From the NCBI GenBank assembly GCA_965602015.1, contig OZ271918.1, positions 1,152,001 to 1,216,000 of the forward strand: DNA of 64,000 bases, written 5' to 3'. The DNA is from Salinispira sp. GTDB taxonomy: Bacteria > Spirochaetota > Spirochaetia > DSM-27196 > Salinispiraceae. This document shows positions 57,405-64,000 of this stretch, piece after piece (the first letter of the stretch is position 1; each line of letters starts with the position of its first letter). Made by a program: the position numbers and the translations under genes. Below the pieces are notes generated by a model that ran no database searches, had not been told where the DNA came from, and saw only the letters and a list, made by a program, of their open reading frames with translations.

Positions 57405-57734
57405 TTAAGAGTACATTTCGAGTAATTTCTGCAGGTACATCCGGGCTGCGCCGTTAGCGCTGTCTGACTCGAGACCAATCTGATAGTACGGTGATTCCCG
57501 ACGGATCCATTTCACAATAGCTGCGCACGAGAAGGCTTCCACTCCGGTTTCAACCTCCGGATGTATTCCCACCTCGATTTGCTCACCGACTTCGCACCCC
57601 GGAGGCATTAAAAACTCCGTGCCGATGCCCCGGGAGCTGATGTTTCGGATATATCCTGGCATACCGTTGAGGAGAATTTTTGCATAGGTAACCTTTCGGT
57701 TCGCCGTTCTTTGCTCCGATTTCTTATCACTCAT
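57405..57734 (-). CDS. Stand-alone PilZ domain protein
   Basis: EQRTANR (RxxxR) and NISSRG ([D/N]xSxxG), VKW, IGLE. Confidence 0.8.
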   Translation of the reverse strand: MSDKKSEQRTANRKVTYAKILLNGMPGYIRNISSRGIGTEFLMPPGCEVGEQIEVGIHPEVETGVEAFSCAAIVKWIRRESPYYQIGLESDSANGAARMYLQKLLEMYS

Positions 57735-58281
57735 TGCCGTCTCCCCAATGAATCAACGAAATTCTCGTCCCGCGGATTTTATCCGGTGCGTAGCTGCGCA
57801 CTTCGCCTTCTAAACCGATAAACTCCAGTCTGAAACTATGAAAGGTCCGCTTGGTCACCAGCAGTCCCATTCCGAATCGCTGCTGATTATGCATTTCTCG
57901 ATAAATTTGGAAGGCCTCGCTCTGGAGATCGATATCCTCCACCGAGCCGTAGATGTTATAGGGAAGGTCGGCGGGATCAAAACCTCCGCCCCGGTCTTCA
58001 AGCATTATCCTCAAGCCAGGAGAACCTGCGGCTTGCCCGATTTTCCTTACCAGGGAAAACTCGACCATAATGCGGTCTTCAATTTTTCCTGATCGGTGAG
58101 CCCGAATGGAATTGCTTATCAGTTCGAGCAATGAAAAGCGGATATGCTCCATATGAGCTTCCTGACAATCCGACCGGATATCCTCCAAAGTACTCAGGAC
58201 TATTCCGAAATCTATTTCTGGTTTAATATAGAGGGACAGGCGATACAAACGCCGCGCTCTATATGCAATATGGTTTACCAT
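57727..58281 (-). CDS. Anti-sigma factor/RsbW-like HATPase_c protein
   Basis: LELISNSIRA (N box), EDRGGGFDP (G1), FGMGL (G2), GTRI. Confidence 0.78.
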   Translation of the reverse strand: MVNHIAYRARRLYRLSLYIKPEIDFGIVLSTLEDIRSDCQEAHMEHIRFSLLELISNSIRAHRSGKIEDRIMVEFSLVRKIGQAAGSPGLRIMLEDRGGGFDPADLPYNIYGSVEDIDLQSEAFQIYREMHNQQRFGMGLLVTKRTFHSFRLEFIGLEGEVRSYAPDKIRGTRISLIHWGDGNE

Positions 58282-58330
58282 CTTCCTTCATTGTAGATGA
58301 GGGCTCTGGAGATAATCAAGAAAAACACTC

Positions 58331-61276
58331 ATGTACTATCTTAGTATAGATATTCAGCATTTTTCACAGTTTGCCATTGTTGAACCTGATGCCTCCGCAG
58401 CCCTGCTGAAGGATCTTCATGGGCACTGTTCGCGCTACGGAATGAAGCCCTATCCAGGCTCCGACGGCCTGCTGTTCTACCATCCGAATCTAGGCGCTGG
58501 GGAGTATGCTCCGCTCTTAAAGGTCATGTTTGCCCTGGAATCCCGCTTGAAAGATTTCGATGAAGATATCCCGGGCTTTAGCATAATTCTAGAAGCCTTG
58601 GAGAACTCCGAGCCTTCCCTTCATGACATCATCGGCCTGCGGCTGAGTATCAGAGAGCGGGTCGGCATGTACCTCGGGCCAAATGCGGAAAAATTGATCT
58701 CCCGCTTTCTCATCGGAGAATCCTTTCGCGGCCTGTGGAAAATTCTGGCACGGAAACGGAAGGACGATGAAAATCTCGGCACCGCCTCTGAATTTGTCCT
58801 GCGCCGGGAGTTTACCGAATCGGTATTTAATGCCATAGAACCCTGGATGAACGGCGAAGCTCCCCCAGGGGTTGTTTGTATTTCCGGACAGGAAATGGAC
58901 GGAGTACATTTGGCAGCCCGGGGACTTATCCATCGCCTGAGTTCAACCGAAGCCCTGGGACGCATACCATTTATTCTGATCAGCGAGAGACAGGATTTTC
59001 TGTTTTCCCTCATGCAGGCGGTTCTCATACAGCAAAGCCTGTGGGTCCCGGAATACCTATGCGAATGGGAGTCTGCAGTCTGGACAATGAAGCGCGATTG
59101 CCTTACGCGTTTTCACTCCAGGGCGACGGACCGGGGAATGCGCAATGAGCTTCTGCCCGAGTCAGCGGATTCCGATACCCTGGTGGCATTTTCCTTGTAT
59201 CTAAAGGCCTACGCCCGTTGGAGCCGGGAGAACGGAAATCTGCCGATGGTAGCGGTGCACCTCGAGAGAGGTCTGAGCGATTGGGAGCAGCAGTATTTCG
59301 TCCGGCTGATGCAGGACAAGGATAGTCGGCTGGTTTGGCTGTTTTCCGGCGAACACGAGTACCTGGAAATCAAGGATCTACCCCTTGCTCGTGCCGACTT
59401 CACGCTGAATCGCTATACTGAACATGACATACAGCAGCTGCTTGATAGGCAGGAGGACCAACGCCCGGGAGCGAACCCCGGGTACCTGCATTCCTCGGCG
59501 GGCGGGTGCGCCCTTCCCATATACTTTTTCCTCAGCGACTACGAGTACTTTGCCCAAATCCTGCCCAGCCGCCTGAGAAACTACGGCAACAGCAGCATAG
59601 AGTCACAAGAGGGGATCGTCCAACGCTTTATCGATCGATTGGAATTCGAGACCAGGGAACTGTTATACACCCTCGCTTTGGCAGGGGATTTTCTGGACAA
59701 GGAGCAACTCTTCCGATTTATGGAAGTCCGCGGCCGTCTTCGAATCCGCATCACCCAAATGTACAAGGATCTCCAGTCCCGGGGCCTGCTACTATTCGAA
59801 CAGCTCAACCATGTGCCCTTCAGGGACATCATACTTCGGATGGCCTATGCCCTCGGCGATGTGCGCACGAGCATTATAACCCAGCTGGTAGAGTACATGT
59901 GTGACGATGCCTCGGATTTTCAGGCCCACCCCGGAGCCCTGATTTTTGTCGGTAAATACGGCAGAACCGCCGGGCAGCTTATTTGGTGCTACCGCAAGAT
60001 ACAGGACATGATCGACAGCTCCAACATCGATTTGGCGCAGGGGCTGGTCGCCAAACTCCCGTCTCTTCCCCAGAGTAAAAAAGCCGAGGAACTACTGGGC
60101 TATCACATTGCTCTCCACGAAGGTACCTCGGGCCCTGCCCCCATAAATCCCGAGAAATTCGAGAACGGATTTTGGTATGCCGAATCGCTGCTTATCGCCG
60201 CCCGCCAGATGCTGAACCAAGGGGATATAGATCAAGCCAGATTGATGGCGAAGCGGGCGATTATTGAATATCAGCAACTTGATGACAGACGCGGCCTGGC
60301 GGCATCGAATATCCTCTTTGGCTTTCTTCTTTTAAAAAACGGAAAACATCAGGATGCCAGCCACTACTTCTCCATCGCAGAGAGAAGCCAGTCCCGGTTT
60401 AATCTGAGCCGCATACAGTCGATTATGCTGCCTTGCCTGAGCGATTTTACCCAGGGCAAGTACAGCAGGGTGCGGCAGCTCCTTGAGGGAAGTGACGGCC
60501 TGATAAGCGTACTGTACCGCTACGGCAGCCGCTCCTGGTCTGCAGCAGCCTCCTTTATTTTGGCCCGATGCTACTTCGCCATGGGATTGTTCAGTGAGTC
60601 ATATGAACTCCTGTCACGGGAAATGAATACCCTGCAGGGTGAGCGCTTACGCAACGTGCGGAGAATTTTTTACAGCTGGATGGCGAGAAATCTGGTATAC
60701 ACGAAAAACCTGGAAGCCGGGCTGGCTCTCCTTGAGAATCAGCCGAACAGTGGGGAAGCCATGGTTTTTTTAGCAGAAGCAATGATTCTTGCAAACAGAT
60801 ATGAAGAAGCCCTGGAAATCCTGTCAAATCCGGTTTCCCACAGTAAACACAGCCTAAGTATCGGACAGCTGTTACCCTGGGGCAGCGGATTCTCCTGGCT
60901 TGAGGATTTATACATCAATGATGTGGAAGAGCAGGGGGTGCTGAGCAATTACGCCTATGGTTTGTGGTGCTTCGCCTTAGGAAATCTGGGCAGTTTCGAG
61001 CAAAGCATTGAAGGATTCCACTGGCTTACCCGGGAGAAAAAGCTTCCGGAAAGCGACCCTCACATCAGCGTAATTCTCTACTGGTACTCCCTCATAATAG
61101 AAAAGGCTAATGACAGCGAAAACGAGGACAGATTGACCCTCCTCGGCAGGGCCGTCAAGGCCTTGCAGGAACGCTCAAGCAGGATCGAGGAGCCGGCAGA
61201 CAAGCGCGAGTACCTGAAGAATGTGGTGTGGAACCGGGAGCTTCTGGAAAAGGCAAAGCGCTTTAATCTGGTCTGA
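58331..61276 (+). CDS. Large hypothetical protein, degenerate cyclase-like/STAND-NTPase-like N-terminus and TPR-like C-terminus
   Basis: YLSIDIQHFS; VVCISGQEMDG at a P-loop-like position; AGGCALPI; helical repeats; ALQERSSRIEEPADKREYL..WNRELL. Confidence 0.6.
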   Translation: MYYLSIDIQHFSQFAIVEPDASAALLKDLHGHCSRYGMKPYPGSDGLLFYHPNLGAGEYAPLLKVMFALESRLKDFDEDIPGFSIILEALENSEPSLHDIIGLRLSIRERVGMYLGPNAEKLISRFLIGESFRGLWKILARKRKDDENLGTASEFVLRREFTESVFNAIEPWMNGEAPPGVVCISGQEMDGVHLAARGLIHRLSSTEALGRIPFILISERQDFLFSLMQAVLIQQSLWVPEYLCEWESAVWTMKRDCLTRFHSRATDRGMRNELLPESADSDTLVAFSLYLKAYARWSRENGNLPMVAVHLERGLSDWEQQYFVRLMQDKDSRLVWLFSGEHEYLEIKDLPLARADFTLNRYTEHDIQQLLDRQEDQRPGANPGYLHSSAGGCALPIYFFLSDYEYFAQILPSRLRNYGNSSIESQEGIVQRFIDRLEFETRELLYTLALAGDFLDKEQLFRFMEVRGRLRIRITQMYKDLQSRGLLLFEQLNHVPFRDIILRMAYALGDVRTSIITQLVEYMCDDASDFQAHPGALIFVGKYGRTAGQLIWCYRKIQDMIDSSNIDLAQGLVAKLPSLPQSKKAEELLGYHIALHEGTSGPAPINPEKFENGFWYAESLLIAARQMLNQGDIDQARLMAKRAIIEYQQLDDRRGLAASNILFGFLLLKNGKHQDASHYFSIAERSQSRFNLSRIQSIMLPCLSDFTQGKYSRVRQLLEGSDGLISVLYRYGSRSWSAAASFILARCYFAMGLFSESYELLSREMNTLQGERLRNVRRIFYSWMARNLVYTKNLEAGLALLENQPNSGEAMVFLAEAMILANRYEEALEILSNPVSHSKHSLSIGQLLPWGSGFSWLEDLYINDVEEQGVLSNYAYGLWCFALGNLGSFEQSIEGFHWLTREKKLPESDPHISVILYWYSLIIEKANDSENEDRLTLLGRAVKALQERSSRIEEPADKREYLKNVVWNRELLEKAKRFNLV

Positions 61277-61314
61277 ACGGCAGATCCCGTATTGCGGTTT
61301 TTTATCCCATGTCG

Positions 61315-61344
61315 TTGACACGGACAGCCCCGGTTTGATATATT
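61315..61344 (+). promoter_or_regulatory. sigma70 promoter of tRNA gene
   Basis: TTGACA-N18-TATATT with TGn extension, 17 nt before the tRNA. Confidence 0.65.
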
Positions 61345-61361
61345 CCGGTCTTGTAAAAAAT

Positions 61362-61434
61362 GGTGGCGTAGCTCAGTTGGTAGAGCAAACGGCTCATATC
61401 CGTTCGGTCAGGGGTTCAAGTCCCTTCGCCACTA
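61362..61434 (+). tRNA. tRNA-Met (CAT), probably elongator; CCA not encoded
   Basis: Acceptor GGTGGCG/CGCCACT, D arm GCTC/GAGC, anticodon stem AACGG/CCGTT with CAT at 61395-61397, T arm AGGGG-TTCAAGT-CCCTT. Confidence 0.93.
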
Positions 61435-61438
61435 TCGG

Positions 61439-61477
61439 CCCGGTGTAATCCTTGGAGATGACGCCGGGTTTTTTTTT
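61439..61477 (+). terminator. Intrinsic terminator after tRNA
   Basis: CCCGGTGT...ACGCCGGG stem followed by T9. Confidence 0.85.
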
Positions 61478-61560
61478 ATTAAGTGATGGTATGAAAGCGG
61501 TGCCTCCCCCGAGATCCTGCCAGTCAGGGTCTATATTAAATACCGGAGGAGGACAACCAA

Positions 61561-62613
61561 ATGAGTAGTATTATTATATCCCTCGACAGCCATAAACGGT
61601 ATACCGTGGCTGCAATTGAGGACGAAAAAGGAAGGAAATCCTCACAGCGCATAGAACATTCTCACGGGTGTATTCGTGATTTTCTCCAACAATTTGAGCC
61701 GGGACAGGAAGTCGCACTTGAAACAATCGGAAGTTGGTACTGGATTGTGGATGAGATTGAGGAGGCCGGCATGAACCCCTTGCTGGTACATGCCGGTAAG
61801 TCAAAATTGATGATGGCCATGTTTAACAAAACTGACAAACTCGATGCTGAAGGTCTCAATAAACTTCAAAAAGCAGGCACACTGCCTACTGTGTGGATTC
61901 CACCAGGAGAATTGCGTGATAAACGAGAACTCTATCGAACCCGGATGCAGTTCGTTCAGGAGTTGATACGTGAAAAGAACCAAATTCATGCCGGGTTCGA
62001 GAAATATGGGTTTCGATTCAATGATGTGAGCGATCTGTTCGGAAAAGCAGGTACAGAAGCCATGAAGAAGGTAATGCCAAAACTCCCCGAGCATACCCGC
62101 ACCATGATGAAACTCAAGCTCGATAATCTCGCGTTTATTAAGCAATCTATCACCGACTGCGAACAACGAATGCATGAAGCGTTTGATGAAAATGCTGAAA
62201 TGAAGTTGGTGAAATCCATTCCCGGGATCGGATTTATTCTCAGCGCAGTCATTGTGCATGAAATTGGAGACATACATCGCTTTAAGACCGCTGAACATTT
62301 TGCATCATACTGTGGTACAACGCCGCGCGTTCACTCGAGCGGAGGTAAAACTCATTATGGTCGAACATCGAAAGCATGTAATCGATACTTGAAGTGGGCA
62401 CTTACTGAAGCAGCTAATGTAACCTGTCTTAATCAAAGAAATTGGGCGAACCGACATACGGTAAAACTCTACAAGAGAGTTCGTACTAAACGTAATCATA
62501 AGGTTGCAATAATCGCCGTGGCACGGCACTTAGCAGAAGCAATATTTTGGATATTGCAGAAAGAACAGCATTACAAAGATCCTGCATTAGCGGGTTTGTC
62601 CAGACAGGGGTAA
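61561..62613 (+). CDS. IS110-family DEDD transposase/recombinase
   Basis: SLDSHK (D), VALET (E), KTDKLDA (D,D), SIPGIG, FASYCGTTPRVHSSGG (catalytic Ser loop), AVARHL; GGAGG RBS. Confidence 0.95.
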   Translation: MSSIIISLDSHKRYTVAAIEDEKGRKSSQRIEHSHGCIRDFLQQFEPGQEVALETIGSWYWIVDEIEEAGMNPLLVHAGKSKLMMAMFNKTDKLDAEGLNKLQKAGTLPTVWIPPGELRDKRELYRTRMQFVQELIREKNQIHAGFEKYGFRFNDVSDLFGKAGTEAMKKVMPKLPEHTRTMMKLKLDNLAFIKQSITDCEQRMHEAFDENAEMKLVKSIPGIGFILSAVIVHEIGDIHRFKTAEHFASYCGTTPRVHSSGGKTHYGRTSKACNRYLKWALTEAANVTCLNQRNWANRHTVKLYKRVRTKRNHKVAIIAVARHLAEAIFWILQKEQHYKDPALAGLSRQG

Positions 62614-62735
62614 GCGCGTTTTTGGGGCTACAGCGCGAATACGAGGCTGTGCAAAGTGATTGCGACACCCCTGGAAGGACATTTTCATGCCACGTGGATG
62701 GCGGAGATATGACTCGGACAAAACCGATTTGCAGA
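62598..62735 (+). ncRNA. Putative bridge/seek RNA in the IS right end (boundaries approximate)
   Basis: Stems CAGGGG/CCCCTG and ACAGC/GCTGT flank segments matching the target; downstream segments match the donor junction (see findings). Confidence 0.75.
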
Positions 62736-62872
62736 ATTTTTGTAATAGAACATTGAAAACTCTTGCGGGGAGGCACCGCTTTCAGATATGCCCCCAAAAC
62801 AGCTGATCGAATCAACATAACTCTTTTGCCAGTAGTCTTCTATGACACGATTCCCGCTCATAGGAGATTGCC

Positions 62873-64000
62873 ATGGCGTTTCACCCCCGTTTCTGTCCGT
62901 ACTCGGACTGCTCTCAGCATCATCGCGACAGAGAATCAAGCCGGTGCTGGTTTGTCCGAAACGGTCACTATCACTGCCGCCGCCTCGGTTCTTCCCAGCG
63001 CTATCGCTGTAAGCATTGCCGTCGATACTTCTGCGAAAGCGCGTTTCACCTCGATTATCGCGCACATCATCGCCTCGATTACCGGCGCATCTTTTCTTCG
63101 ATCAACTCGGCTTCTGGCATCCGCGACATTGCCCGGGAGTTTTATGTCACCGACAAGGTCATTCTCAATCGATTGAGTCGCCTGTCCCGTCAGGCGATCG
63201 CTGCCATGGCCCAGTTATTGAGCGATCATACAATCGATGAGGATATTGCCGTTGATGGGTTTGAAAGCTTTGTGTACAGCCAATACTGGCCGAACAACTT
63301 CACCCTCGCGGTGGGTTCCGACAGCCAGGTTGTCTATGCCTGCGACTATGCGCAGATGCGGCGCAAAGGGCGGATGACCCCCGCACAAAAGCGCCGGCGC
63401 GATGAGCTCAATCGCCGGTATCCTATTGCAGGGGGACAAATTGCGCGATCTTTCCGTGATGTGATAAACACCATTCTTCCCAGGTGGAGGGCTTATTCAT
63501 CGAAGAAGCCATGCTATCTCTTGAGCGATGAAAAACTCGAATACCGCCGTGAGCTGTTCGCTCACCGGGACTGGGCGGCGTTGGAAAATGCAGGGCGGGT
63601 GATCCATCACCGAACCTCATCGAGGGTGGTCAGGACCACTGAGAACCCCCTGTTTCCGGTGAATTACCTGGATCGGGAGATACGAAAGGATCAATCCTGT
63701 CATGTCCGCCAGAGTGTCCAGTGGTCAAAATCGGTGAACAACAGCATGGAGCGGATGATGATTTACATCGCCTATCATAACCTGCTCAAGCCGTATCGGA
63801 TAAACGGACGAAACGATATCAGCCATGGTGAGGTTGCGGGGTTTGACCGAAAGCGGGTACTCACGTTGGCAAAAAGGATGTTTACACAGCGGGCCTTCGT
63901 TCATCATCTGGTGCTGGACATCAGCCAATGGAAGACCTGGCACCGGATCTGGAAGACACCGGTGAGTGCGCTGAAGATCGATCTTCCCGATTATGCGGTG
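62873..64000 (+). CDS. IS1-like transposase (zinc ribbon + HTH + DDE-type), runs off window end
   Basis: Not in ORF track. AGGAG RBS; MAFHPRFCPYSDC...QRYRCKHCRRYF, GIRDIAREF..TDKVILNR, AVDGFESF, LLSDEK, NPLFPVNYLDREIRKD, YHNLLKP; open to 64000. Confidence 0.75.
   Translation, partial: MAFHPRFCPYSDCSQHHRDRESSRCWFVRNGHYHCRRLGSSQRYRCKHCRRYFCESAFHLDYRAHHRLDYRRIFSSINSASGIRDIAREFYVTDKVILNRLSRLSRQAIAAMAQLLSDHTIDEDIAVDGFESFVYSQYWPNNFTLAVGSDSQVVYACDYAQMRRKGRMTPAQKRRRDELNRRYPIAGGQIARSFRDVINTILPRWRAYSSKKPCYLLSDEKLEYRRELFAHRDWAALENAGRVIHHRTSSRVVRTTENPLFPVNYLDREIRKDQSCHVRQSVQWSKSVNNSMERMMIYIAYHNLLKPYRINGRNDISHGEVAGFDRKRVLTLAKRMFTQRAFVHHLVLDISQWKTWHRIWKTPVSALKIDLPDYAV

Larger units (their letters stand above)
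61484..62790 (+). mobile_element. IS110-family, IS1111-type insertion sequence (complete)
   Basis: Perfect 18-bp sub-terminal IRs (61492-61509 / 62767-62784), TG at both ends (61484-85, 62789-90), short left end, long right end, AT-richer than host. Confidence 0.9.

Noticed and set aside
61362..61434. tRNA(CAT) as initiator or Ile2
   Set aside because: No C1:A72 mismatch or three G-C pairs in the anticodon stem (not fMet). G4/G5 in the acceptor stem fit elongator Met better than Ile2, though Ile2 is not formally excluded.
62685..63943. Several short ORFs in the track after the IS110 element
   Set aside because: Alternative frames over the long IS1-like transposase ORF beginning at 62873.
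61420..64000. Integrase-type genomic island at the tRNA
   Set aside because: No tyrosine or serine integrase and no duplicated tRNA 3' end visible in the window; only IS elements.

Overview
Core-chromosome segment of a free-living spirochaete (Spirochaetaceae-like; inferred from the lon/recJ/M23/rpsU and TPR/mutL gene order and several spirochaete-type hypothetical proteins). It holds about 50 tightly packed CDSs: housekeeping genes (NFACT/rqcH, folC, hisD-like, fabV, rnz, lon, recO, pdp, recJ, rpsU, mutL), a GldA/F/G-type ABC system, a putative motility operon, envelope/TPR proteins and c-di-GMP-related genes. It ends in a tRNA-Met(CAT) followed by a mobile-element hotspot. Best-supported highlight: a complete IS110-family (IS1111-type) element at 61484-62790. 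It has 18-bp sub-terminal inverted repeats and a TG core at both ends. Its right non-coding end contains four short segments matching both halves of the reconstructed target and both halves of the circle junction, i.e. a readable bridge/seek RNA. It sits just upstream of an IS1-like transposase that the ORF track missed. Other candidates for new biology: a pore-less voltage-sensor domain fused to a TM-periplasmic-TM-HAMP receptor module; an 840-aa extremely acidic scaffold-like protein behind tandem sigma70/sigma28-like promoters; a probable AUA start codon for rpsU; a HisD with swapped zinc ligands; and a RecJ with an inserted degenerate DnaQ-like domain. All family calls come from motif recognition by eye, with no database searches.
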